IMG/VR virus record: IMGVR_UViG_3300006028_000003 | Span: 12,032-76,031 of that record | Length of the DNA stretch: 64,000 bases | DNA from: a virus | Reading direction: 5' to 3' (one strand) | Shown: positions 19,563 to 28,308 of the stretch, piece after piece | Layout: each line of letters opens with the position of its first letter | Position numbering within the stretch: the stretch's first letter is position 1 | The notes under the pieces: model-generated | What the model was told of the DNA's origin: nothing | Database searches by the model: none | What the model saw: the letters and a program-made list of their open reading frames with translations, nothing else | Translations under genes and position numbers: made by a program

Positions 19563-20366
19563 ATGAGGGCCATCGATCTGTCCGGACGCGTTTTTGGAAG
19601 ACTCACGGTAGAGGAACGCGCTGAGAACACACCGTTAGGGCAGGCGAAATGGCGTTGCCGATGCTCGTGCGGCGGAACGGCGAATTCGACCAGCTACAAC
19701 CTAAGGAATGGCAAGTCGACCTCGTGTGGATGTAGAAGGTCAGAGGCTGCGCCGGATGTCACTATCGACCTAACTGGAAAGACGTTCGGTAATCTAAAGG
19801 TCATACGGCGCGTTGGCACTAAACGCCAGCAGGCGTTGTGGCGCTGCCGGTGCTCATGTGGACGTACGGCAGATGTTGTTGGGTACAACCTTCGTAGCGG
19901 AACTACGCGAACGTGCGGATGCGGTAAGGCGCAAAACGGACGAAAGCATGGGGGGTATAAGACATCAGAATACAGTGTTTGGCGTAGCATGCTCAACCGC
20001 TGCTATAACACTAAGGCCGACTGTTACTCCTATTATGGAGGCCGCGGCATAACGGTATGCGATCGGTGGCGGAAGTCGTTCATATTATTTCGAGAGGACA
20101 TGGGCCGGCGCCCATCGCTGCGGCACTCAATCGAGCGTCGAAAAAACGATCGCGGCTACAGCCCCGATAACTGTTATTGGGCAACCACTATTCAGCAGAA
20201 CAGGAATAAAAGAACGGTAAAGCGCTACGCTTACGCCGGTAGAGAGATGACATTACCCGAATGGCTCCAAGAGCTTCGCCCTACTTGGGCATACTCGAAA
20301 GCATGGCAGCGATTACGACGGGGTCTTTCATTTACCCAAGCACTGGAGCTCGACGTCAATGGCTGA
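19563..20366 (+). CDS. HNH homing-type endonuclease 2 with two N-terminal Cys repeats
   Basis: 2x IDL.G..FG.L...W.C.CSCG...L..G...CGC, then YGGRGI, DMG.RPS..HSIER, NC.WAT. Confidence 0.88.
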   Translation: MRAIDLSGRVFGRLTVEERAENTPLGQAKWRCRCSCGGTANSTSYNLRNGKSTSCGCRRSEAAPDVTIDLTGKTFGNLKVIRRVGTKRQQALWRCRCSCGRTADVVGYNLRSGTTRTCGCGKAQNGRKHGGYKTSEYSVWRSMLNRCYNTKADCYSYYGGRGITVCDRWRKSFILFREDMGRRPSLRHSIERRKNDRGYSPDNCYWATTIQQNRNKRTVKRYAYAGREMTLPEWLQELRPTWAYSKAWQRLRRGLSFTQALELDVNG

Positions 20367-20775
20367 ACGCGTTTCATCGAACGATTTACTATTCGAGCTT
20401 TTACAAGAAATAGTCAGGGAGCGTCAGCGCGACATGGGCGAGGGCATCACCCTCCGAGCCCTCAACAAGCGCTTCGACGAACACCTCGCCGAGGATGAGC
20501 GCCGCCACGAGAAGAGTGATGACCGGATCCGGAAGCTCGAAGAGCATATGGCCCGCTCCGAGGCCCACGTCGAGACGACGGCTCGCTTCATCATCCCCCC
20601 GACCCCCCCGGTGGCCCAGGTCACCATCAACGGAAACCACTCGAAGCGACCGACGATCACCAAGGGGCTAAAGGAAGCGATGAGCAACCCCATCATCAAG
20701 TGGGTCGGAATTGCTCTCGCTTTAGCGGCTTCCCACCTAGCGGCCCGTTGCGGGATCCCCCCGCTCCCCCACTAG
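20359..20775 (+). CDS. Coiled-coil protein with C-terminal TM helix
   Basis: Charged helical N-half; [10 protein letters not shown]. Confidence 0.65.
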   Translation: MAERVSSNDLLFELLQEIVRERQRDMGEGITLRALNKRFDEHLAEDERRHEKSDDRIRKLEEHMARSEAHVETTARFIIPPTPPVAQVTINGNHSKRPTITKGLKEAMSNPIIKWVGIALALAASHLAARCGIPPLPH

Positions 20776-21623
20776 GGGCCGAAGCGCCGGATCATCAACC
20801 GGCCTTCGCTCGCCGGCACCTGGCAGTTCCCGGAGCCCCCCGTTGCAGTGCAAACTAGCGTGCACGTGTGGGCGCCGACGGAGAACCCTTGGTCACCGAT
20901 GAACGTAGAGCATTCGCAGAAGGTCTGGCCGGAGAGGAGCTCGTCTTGCTGAGCGGTCCCGATGACGGTCCCCCCATCGACGAAAATGTCAACGGTGACT
21001 TGGCTCCCGGTAGCGAGGCCCTCGCTTATGTTTTGGAAGGTGACCGCGGCGTGAAGGTCAACGGTTTGGCCGGGGGCGGTGATGGTGAAGCCTCCGATCA
21101 GCGTCGCGACCGTCGTGTTCGTCGCCCCCACCGGGACAGCGGATACGTTTCGGATGACGTTGGCGGCAGAGGCCGCGCCGGCTAGGCCGGTTGGCCCCGT
21201 AGCTCCGGAGGCCCCCGCGGGTCCCGTCGCGCCGGTTGGCCCTGTCGCCCCTACGCCGGTCGGTCCGGTCGGTCCGGAAGGCCCCGTTGGTCCGAGAGCG
21301 CCGGTTGCTCCGGTGACTCCTGCGCCGGTTGCGCCGGCTGGCCCCGTCGCCCCTGTCGGCCCGCTCGGTCCGGTAGCGCCAGCACCTGGTCCGGTAGCGC
21401 CCTGAGCGCCTGTCGCGCCTGTTGCGCCTGCTCCAGTGGGTCCCGTCGGTCCGCTGGGTCCGGTCGAGCCGGAAGGCCCCGTCGCTCCGGTTACTCCAGC
21501 GCCGGTTGCTCCCGTGGGGCCTAGGGGTCCAGTGGGGCCGGAAGGGCCAGTGGCGCCCCCCGGAGCATCGGATCCGTAGACCCCACCGTGACGAATCCGA
21601 CCGCCGCGCTCGAGTCTGCTCAT
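20772..21623 (-). CDS. Collagen-like (Gly-X-Thr) fibre with C-terminal beta head
   Basis: About 40 GPT/GAT/GPS triplets with GAG interruptions; ~130 aa head. Confidence 0.85.
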   Translation of the reverse strand: MSRLERGGRIRHGGVYGSDAPGGATGPSGPTGPLGPTGATGAGVTGATGPSGSTGPSGPTGPTGAGATGATGAQGATGPGAGATGPSGPTGATGPAGATGAGVTGATGALGPTGPSGPTGPTGVGATGPTGATGPAGASGATGPTGLAGAASAANVIRNVSAVPVGATNTTVATLIGGFTITAPGQTVDLHAAVTFQNISEGLATGSQVTVDIFVDGGTVIGTAQQDELLSGQTFCECSTFIGDQGFSVGAHTCTLVCTATGGSGNCQVPASEGRLMIRRFGP

Positions 21624-21626
21624 GGC

Positions 21627-22430
21627 TCAACCGTCCACGATGGCTACAACGGTTCTCGCTACGTTGACCGTGACAACCCCTGGCGCTACCTCGCCGGCCG
21701 CTATCCCGAAGGTTCGCGCGAGACCGTTGCCGGGCGCCTCGAGGGTCCAACTGACGGTCGAAAGCCCAGGGAGGTCATCGACCGCAGAGTTACCGACGGT
21801 CTGAGAGAACCCATCGATCTGCGTCGTCGCAACCCCGTCGAAGATTTGCATCGCGACGTTGTCTTGGGTCCCAGCAGCCGCACTCATCGTGAGGCTACAG
21901 CTGATGATTGCCTTCTGGAGCGCAGTGAAGGGGGCCGTCGTGACGCTTGCTCCGGCGATAGCAACGAAGCTTCCGGTGAGCGCCTGCGGAGTGGTTCCCT
22001 TCGCAGTGTAGGTCGGGGGTGGGGTGAAGATGCCCCCCGCGGTCGGCGCCGTGATGGCGAACCAGGCCCCTACGGAGACGTCGTAGAAGCAAATCGCGAA
22101 GGCCCCTGCGGAGGCCGGAAGCACCAGCGACGATGCCCCGTTGATGAGCTTCCCGTCCGGAGCGGTGATGGTGATCACCTGAGCCCCATCTACGTCCAAA
22201 ATTCCGACACTATGTGCCTCTTTCAAACCAGCCCCCGGCGGGATTGCGGCGGTGGTTGCGTTTGGAAGAAGGATCGAGACGGGTGCGGATGCCCCCTGAA
22301 TTGCCGTCAGGGCGCCGTATGGTATTGAGCCGACAGAGCTACCTGCGATAACACGTACTCTCTCGAAAAAAGAAGTGTACGCAAGTCGTGCCCATAGGGC
22401 TAACGCCGATTGAGTTCTTCCCTTGGCCAT
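21627..22430 (-). CDS. Putative fibre/spike-associated protein
   Basis: Beta-rich; ITITAPDG.LING...LVL; C-terminal head resembles those of the collagen fibres. Confidence 0.6.
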   Translation of the reverse strand: MAKGRTQSALALWARLAYTSFFERVRVIAGSSVGSIPYGALTAIQGASAPVSILLPNATTAAIPPGAGLKEAHSVGILDVDGAQVITITAPDGKLINGASSLVLPASAGAFAICFYDVSVGAWFAITAPTAGGIFTPPPTYTAKGTTPQALTGSFVAIAGASVTTAPFTALQKAIISCSLTMSAAAGTQDNVAMQIFDGVATTQIDGFSQTVGNSAVDDLPGLSTVSWTLEAPGNGLARTFGIAAGEVAPGVVTVNVARTVVAIVDG

Positions 22431-22437
22431 AACGCCC

Positions 22438-23289
22438 TCAGTAGTGAATAGCTCGCGCTAGATCATCGGAAGTACCGGTGTGGTTAGCGCTACGGTGTTT
22501 TGGGGTGGTCAACGCTTTCTCGGCGGACCATCCAAGGCTAGTTATTCTCGTCCACACTAAGTAAAGGTCTGCGCCATAATTATCGCAGGCTTCTTTGAGG
22601 CTCATGCGCTCGCCGTAGACTACGATCCAGCGTGTAGATCGGCGGTTACGCGTTTGCTCGACCCGCGTCGCCCAACGGCAATTAGCAGGCGCGTATGGCC
22701 CGTCGCCATCAATGCGATCCACCGAATGGCTCTTGGATGGCCTAGGGCCCATATCGGCTAGAAACCGCATGAAGCCTCCCGGCCCTAGCCAAATGGGATC
22801 AACAGTGATCCCACGTCCGCCGTATCGGATATACGACTTAGTTTTGGTGTTTTGGCATCTGCGAATAATGCCGCACCAGATACTGTACTCGTTTGTCTTC
22901 GATCTCCCGTGGGGCCTATTTATGCATCCGCAAGATTTTGTCTTGCCGGACTTGAGTCGCGTGACAAAGGAGTGCATCTCGCGCCCGCAATCGCAGCGGC
23001 ACACCCAACCCCATTTACCATCACGGTCTCTACGCTCAGGTCGTAGGGCAACTAGCCGCCCAAATCGTTCACCGGTGATGTCGATCCAGGGCGCAGCCGA
23101 TGCTTTACGTCCAACCGACTCACACCCACACGATCGCACACCGCCGTTGCGTAGGTGCCCGCTGCGGACGAGCTTATCATTACCGCAGTCGCACCGGCAG
23201 AGCCAGACGGCTCCATTGTGACGTTCGGCTACAGCAACAGCGACCAGTCGTCCGAACTTCTGGCCTCTGAGATCGATCGACGTGGTCAT
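22438..23289 (-). CDS. HNH homing-type endonuclease 3 with two N-terminal Cys repeats
   Basis: Start MTTSIDLRGQKFGRL; 2x W.CRCDCG..SCGC; YGGRGI, DMGPRPS.SHSVDRID, NCRWAT. Confidence 0.88.
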   Translation of the reverse strand: MTTSIDLRGQKFGRLVAVAVAERHNGAVWLCRCDCGNDKLVRSGHLRNGGVRSCGCESVGRKASAAPWIDITGERFGRLVALRPERRDRDGKWGWVCRCDCGREMHSFVTRLKSGKTKSCGCINRPHGRSKTNEYSIWCGIIRRCQNTKTKSYIRYGGRGITVDPIWLGPGGFMRFLADMGPRPSKSHSVDRIDGDGPYAPANCRWATRVEQTRNRRSTRWIVVYGERMSLKEACDNYGADLYLVWTRITSLGWSAEKALTTPKHRSANHTGTSDDLARAIHY

Positions 23290-23311
23290 CCCGAGGAGGA
23301 TAATACCAGCT

Positions 23312-23596
23312 CTAGTGAGCCATCGCAACGCCACCGAGGAGGCCCAAAATGCCGAGCGCCACCGCGGCCCCCGCGACCGCCCCCGCAATAGCCCCAGGGA
23401 GCCAGCTAGTGAGCACCTTGGCCGCCGCAAGCTTCAACGCGGTGTTGGCGAGGCTCTTCGTCATCACCTCGCATCGGGTCACTCGATCGTCGAGGCCGTC
23501 GACCATCGGGATCCGCGTCTCGATGCGATGGATGAGGGTGTCGACCTTCGAGGTGAGGATTTCCAGTTGGCCCCGGATTCCGTCGAGGTCGTTCAT
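23312..23596 (-). CDS. Coiled-coil + TM protein (holin-like?)
   Basis: MNDLDGIRGQLE... then a long hydrophobic Gly/Ala C-terminus. Confidence 0.55.
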   Translation of the reverse strand: MNDLDGIRGQLEILTSKVDTLIHRIETRIPMVDGLDDRVTRCEVMTKSLANTALKLAAAKVLTSWLPGAIAGAVAGAAVALGILGLLGGVAMAH

Positions 23597-23628
23597 CCCT
23601 AAAGTCTTCGCGCAAGTGGCCGTAGACG

Positions 23629-23778
23629 TCAAGGCAGGGTTTTGCCGGACCCCTTGCAGTCGGAGCATTGCTGGTAGAGCATGTGGGGGCTATCGGAGGG
23701 AATGTAACCGTAGCCATCACAACGTTTGCAGAACTCCCGCCTCGCCTTGCGGAAGAGGAAGAGGAGCCACGGGATCAA
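23629..23778 (-). CDS. Micro-protein with DnaJ-type CxxCxGxG Zn finger
   Basis: CKRCDGYG...CSDCKGSG; TTG start overlaps the upstream stop. Confidence 0.55.
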   Translation of the reverse strand: MIPWLLFLFRKARREFCKRCDGYGYIPSDSPHMLYQQCSDCKGSGKTLP

Positions 23779-24050
23779 TCGGTCATCCTCTCCTTGAGGA
23801 TCTTCTGCAGCTGAGCAAAGAGGCCATCAGCTACGGTGAGGCCGTAGAAGACCCTCGCGATTATTTCCTCGGGGAGGGGCTTCAAGAGTGCGAGGGTGAA
23901 GGTCCGGCCTCGGGTGTTGACGAGCTCTTGGATGGTGAAGCGCTCTTGGGTACCGCGGGTTTCCATCAGAGATCCTTTTCATGGAAGGCTCGACAAGCCA
24001 TCCAGCCGGAGGCAATCCAAAAGGCGATGAGAAGAAGCATCTGGGGGCCG

Positions 24051-24269
24051 CTAATATCGATCATTAGCCACTAGGCTCGATAGGGTAATCATTGAACATT
24101 GCTGATCGCAGCCGTGAACGTTCCCTTTGCAGGTACAGTGCCAGGCGGGCCCGAATATACCGTCATGCCATTTGGGGGTGCAGCCGGCCATGATAGCGTT
24201 GGTTTGTATCTCAGCGCCGCACATGCATAGAGGGCCCCCCTCACACCACCATTGATGAGTCATTGGCAA
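24051..24269 (-). CDS. Small Cys-rich protein
   Basis: WHCTC..N.HGCDQQCS. Confidence 0.55.
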   Translation of the reverse strand: MPMTHQWWCEGGPLCMCGAEIQTNAIMAGCTPKWHDGIFGPAWHCTCKGNVHGCDQQCSMITLSSLVANDRY

Positions 24270-24832
24270 ACCACCACACTCCCCGGCTTCATTCCCGGGG
24301 CCCCATTATCGATGCATCTCGCTACCGTCTGGCCGTAGACCGCGCAAGGGTTGGGGTCAGCGGCGAGGATACATCGGCAATTGTAGTCACATCGACAGGG
24401 GTTTGGGGTAGGGATTGAATGCCCCGGCGCAGTTGTAGCGGCGGCTTCGTCGACGCAAAAGTCGCCCGGAGCCAAAACCGCGATTCGATCGGTGCCGCAA
24501 GTGAAGGCGCTTGGCGGAATAGGAGTGCAGGCGTCAGAGGCATCAGCATCGGGGGAAGCTTCAATGGAAGCCTCGGTGGCTTCGGCTTCATGGGAAGCGT
24601 CAGGGGCCCCGGCGTCGGGCTTGGGAGCTTTGAAGGCATCCGGAAGCCTCGCATCTGGGGGTGTCTCCTCAGGGGGGCTCGCTTCAGAGGGGCTTGCTTC
24701 GGGGGGGCCCGCTTCGCCGGTTGGATCCGGTCCAAGCAAAGTGAAGGCGGCGCCGCCGCATCCGAAAGCCCCAAAAATGAGGGCTAGCTCGAGAAGAGCG
24801 ATGATAGCGATGAAGAGGTAGGCTATTTTCAT
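24260..24832 (-). CDS. Myxobacterial-style lipoprotein with EAS/DAS linker and Cys-rich domain
   Basis: Signal + AFGC lipobox-like motif, repeated EAG/EAS/DAG/DAS, ~9 Cys in the C-domain. Confidence 0.7.
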   Translation of the reverse strand: MKIAYLFIAIIALLELALIFGAFGCGGAAFTLLGPDPTGEAGPPEASPSEASPPEETPPDARLPDAFKAPKPDAGAPDASHEAEATEASIEASPDADASDACTPIPPSAFTCGTDRIAVLAPGDFCVDEAAATTAPGHSIPTPNPCRCDYNCRCILAADPNPCAVYGQTVARCIDNGAPGMKPGSVVVCQ

Positions 24833-24982
24833 GTGTCAGCTGTTTTGGCTAGGAATTTGTTGTCATCTTGAAGATCTTGAATTTGTTCTTCTAGGGCCTC
24901 CTCTCCGCCCGCTTCCGTTTACACGGCAAGCTCAAAAGAACGACGATGGTCGTGATCGTCGCCAGGATTGCCAACATCTCCA

Positions 24983-25246
24983 TCACTCCCTCTCCGCCCG
25001 CGTCCCGTGTAGCGGGCAATCGCTTAGTATCCGTTGCACGCGGACCGTCGTTGGGCACGTGCACTTCGCCTCCGCCTGCTTCGCCCGCGCGCGGATGGCG
25101 TCGAGGCGACGGACTACGGCAGCCGCGTCTTTCTTTGTCTGCACCACGAGCGCTTCATCCTCTGGGTTGGAGATCGCAACGCGAACAACACGCAGCAACT
25201 CCCTCAGCGCCTCGAGCTCCTCCGCGTCGATGGGGGCGGTGGTCAT
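24983..25246 (-). CDS. Hypothetical protein with CTC..CPLHG motif
   Basis: 87 aa, in the minus-strand array. Confidence 0.55.
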   Translation of the reverse strand: MTTAPIDAEELEALRELLRVVRVAISNPEDEALVVQTKKDAAAVVRRLDAIRARAKQAEAKCTCPTTVRVQRILSDCPLHGTRAERE

Positions 25247-25355
25247 TTTTGCGACCTAAGCGCTGACTCGAGTTCGGCGATGCGTGCGGTGGACATCTCA
25301 AGCAGCCGATCACGCGCAGCGGACAGCTTTCCTCCGAGTTCGCAGCTAGTGCCTG

Positions 25356-26510
25356 TCATGGGTGCGCCGAAATGATAGGCGAGATCTCCATCGCCGTTGT
25401 CACGTCGCCGCTCCCAGTCAAGATCGTAGTCGTATCCGACGGAGATGCCGTCGCGATTGCGCCCCCGAAGCGCATTTGTTTGTTGCTAAAGTAACATCCT
25501 TGGAAAACCCCGGTGGAATTGGACCCAAACGGGAATGAGAAGAACCATTTCTGCCCGCCCAGTGGGGTAAATTGGCTAGGTCCACAAGCGTTACACTGCG
25601 TCCCGTACTGCCAGGTGAGTAGACCGCTCATAGATGCCGGCTCGCTCAGGAACACGCCGGCACTTGCGGCAAAAGTGCTCGTGTATCGGCTGGCGTACGC
25701 GATCCCATCGGAATCGCCTACGGGCCCCTTGTAGTAATAGGAGACAAACTCCTGATCCTGCCCTGGCCGCTGCACCGCCGGCCACCAATCGGCATAGGCC
25801 CCGTTCTCGCTGCCGTACGAGAGCGTGCCGCCCAAGGCCCCGTGGCTCGTATCCGTGAGGTAACCAGTACCGATGAAGTAGGACCAGGTATCGGTGGCGA
25901 TCGTGTCGAAAGCGCTCCAGAATCCGAACCCAATCCACCGCTGAGATAGTGCTTGAGACCAGGCTTCCAGCGTTACGTTTTGACCGGCCGACGACGCCGT
26001 GATCGAATGGTCGTACACCCAGTTATAGAGCGTCGCATTCGGGGCCAGGATGAAGTCCTGACTGATCCAAGACCCCCGCGCCGGCTCCATTTGGCAGGCG
26101 GTAACGAAAGTGTTGTAACCATCCGTGTCGAGGCACCATCCGGGAGCCTGCCGTAGCGTGATCCCGTAGTGAGAGCAGTAGCTAACGGTCGGATCGCAGC
26201 CTGAATAAATCGAGGTCAGCGTCCAGTCTTGCTGACGACCGCCGCTTACGGGATTGGCCCTAACAGCCATATGGTCGGCCGGGGGCCAGCCGGAGAGCTC
26301 GAGAGCCAACCCGGCTCCCCCGCCCGCCCCTAGGCCACCATTAGTGATCCCGCCGTACGCGGCAAAGCCTGATGTAGGCTGGCTGATCGATGCGCTAACG
26401 ACGTTATTCGTCATCCCATCGAAGATGATATCGCCGAGCTCGGGGGGTCTCGGGGATTCGCTGCTGCACGCGCAGCAAATAGGTACGGCCAGAATCGCTA
26501 ATTTTTTCAT
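25356..26510 (-). CDS. Lipoprotein with ricin-B-like (QxW) lectin segment
   Basis: MKKLAILAVPICCACSS lipobox; QDW, WCLDT..C..QDF, QRW, QKW. Confidence 0.65.
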   Translation of the reverse strand: MKKLAILAVPICCACSSESPRPPELGDIIFDGMTNNVVSASISQPTSGFAAYGGITNGGLGAGGGAGLALELSGWPPADHMAVRANPVSGGRQQDWTLTSIYSGCDPTVSYCSHYGITLRQAPGWCLDTDGYNTFVTACQMEPARGSWISQDFILAPNATLYNWVYDHSITASSAGQNVTLEAWSQALSQRWIGFGFWSAFDTIATDTWSYFIGTGYLTDTSHGALGGTLSYGSENGAYADWWPAVQRPGQDQEFVSYYYKGPVGDSDGIAYASRYTSTFAASAGVFLSEPASMSGLLTWQYGTQCNACGPSQFTPLGGQKWFFSFPFGSNSTGVFQGCYFSNKQMRFGGAIATASPSDTTTILTGSGDVTTAMEISPIISAHP

Positions 26511-26682
26511 GGTCAATTCCATTTCTCATTGGGGCTGGGCTGCTTCCAGCGGCCGGTTTTCTCTTCCGGATCGACGAGTGTATTTTTTGAGGTCTCCCAG
26601 ACGTCGCCGAAGGCGAGGAGTTTGGCGGAGAGGTTGAAGAGGAGGCCCCCGAGACGGAGGGCTAGATATTTGAGGGTGTTTC

Positions 26683-28308
26683 TCATTTGTCTTGTTCCTT
26701 CAATCGCTGGTAGAGCTTCTGCATCCGTTCCGCCGCCGATGACCCCTCGAGCCCTCGAAAGTCCTCCTGCAATCTATCATCAGTCCTCCCTACAGCCGAG
26801 GTGAACGCATCGAGCTTTTGGATGAGGGCGCGCTTTATGAGCGACTCGATTGAGTTTTTGGCGATGCAGTACTGGATCAGAACATTTCTTCCGGGCTCCC
26901 GCCCGAATCTGCCCTCCCATTGGGTAAGGACCGACGGCACCCAGACGAGTTCCGCCACAACCCCGACGCTAGCGAACGAAAGGTTGATAGCCCCCGCCGT
27001 AGAGTCGAGCGTCGCACAAAGGAGGTCAGGTTGGCTTTTTAGAATTTCTTCCCGCTTCTTCATTGGGGTCTCGCCGGTGAGCGTTTCAATCCGCCAAGGG
27101 CCTTTCTGCGCTACCCCCTCTGCGATCGTCGCTACGATAGCCCGACGGTGGGCCCCGACGACAACCTTTAGACCCGCTTCAAGGTGACCGACGACAAGAT
27201 CGATCACCTGAGGGAACTTACCGTCAGCCGCGGAGTTCAACGCTTGCCGAAGGAGCTTATCGGATTTGACCGCGCTGCCGATCGGGGTAACAAAATTCCG
27301 AGCTACGTCGAGGGTTACAATTTGTCTGGTTCTCGCGGGGAGCTCCAAGGCAACCTCGCTCTTCAACCGACGGAGCATGAATCCCCACGGAGTCGCGGGA
27401 GAATAATTCATCCGAGCATTGAGCTCATCAAGTTTGCTTGAGCCATCGAACTTCCAGATGTTGCGGGTTGTCTTTACTCCTTCAACTCGGATCTCAATCT
27501 GCTCTTGTTTCCCAGCGCAGTAGCAGAGCCCGTAGGCGAAGAACTTCCCGAAGCGACCTTTGCTAATAGCTTCGACTGGCGCGTGAAGGTCACGGGGCCG
27601 GCTCGTCATGGGGGTCCCGGTGAGTCCCATACGGAACCTGCAGGCCTCGGCCAGTTTCGCTACCGCGTTAGTCCTTCGGCTACTCCCCCCCATGCAGTAG
27701 TGTAGCTCATCGACGATGAGTGTTTCAGCCCCCCAGGCGATGAGGATGTCAACCCAGGCGTAGAGGATGTCGAAGTGGATGACGACAATATCGAGGTCGA
27801 CGACGGCTAGGTTATGCTCCGGTTTGACGCCCTTCAACCCGATGGCCTTCGCATCCTTCCACCACTTGCGGAGCTCTCCATCCTTCGGGTCGAGCCATAC
27901 GGACCGCCCGAAGGACGGGCACACGATGACAGTCTTGCGTTTCAATGCGCGGGCTGCGGTTGCCGCCTGAGCGCTCTTCCCCATTGCAACCTCGTCGGCA
28001 AGGATGCAGCCCTCTTCAGCCTTCGCGATGAGGAACTCGACACCTTTGATCTGGTAGCCTCGTAGGCCCTTCTCGGCCACTGGCATCGTCGGAATCCCTA
28101 CGGCGCCGTCGACTCCCCCAATTATTTGAAGGCCCCTTTTTCGGAGCCGGGCCGCGGTTACCGCGACTGCATCGGCGTAGCCTACCCAAGCTTTGTTGGG
28201 GTCATCCCAGCGCATCCCGGGGGTCGCCTTGCACTCGAACCTGACGACATTGCTGAAGCCGCTTTTGATGCCCCAGGTCTGGCGGTCGATGCGGATAACT
28301 TGGATCAT
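26683..28308 (-). CDS. SNF2/SMARCAL1-like SF2 helicase
   Basis: LRGYQ.KGV, ILADEVAMGKS, IVDELH, LTGTP, MLRRLKSEV..ELP, QWEGR.GR. Confidence 0.92.
   Translation of the reverse strand: MIQVIRIDRQTWGIKSGFSNVVRFECKATPGMRWDDPNKAWVGYADAVAVTAARLRKRGLQIIGGVDGAVGIPTMPVAEKGLRGYQIKGVEFLIAKAEEGCILADEVAMGKSAQAATAARALKRKTVIVCPSFGRSVWLDPKDGELRKWWKDAKAIGLKGVKPEHNLAVVDLDIVVIHFDILYAWVDILIAWGAETLIVDELHYCMGGSSRRTNAVAKLAEACRFRMGLTGTPMTSRPRDLHAPVEAISKGRFGKFFAYGLCYCAGKQEQIEIRVEGVKTTRNIWKFDGSSKLDELNARMNYSPATPWGFMLRRLKSEVALELPARTRQIVTLDVARNFVTPIGSAVKSDKLLRQALNSAADGKFPQVIDLVVGHLEAGLKVVVGAHRRAIVATIAEGVAQKGPWRIETLTGETPMKKREEILKSQPDLLCATLDSTAGAINLSFASVGVVAELVWVPSVLTQWEGRFGREPGRNVLIQYCIAKNSIESLIKRALIQKLDAFTSAVGRTDDRLQEDFRGLEGSSAAERMQKLYQRLKEQDK

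Noticed and set aside
13805-21560. Periodic GC-rich repeats (about 13805-14015, 21170-21560, also 44575-44715) as CRISPR or DNA tandem repeats
   Set aside because: They are Gly-X-Thr codons with synonymous variation; there is no repeat-spacer structure.
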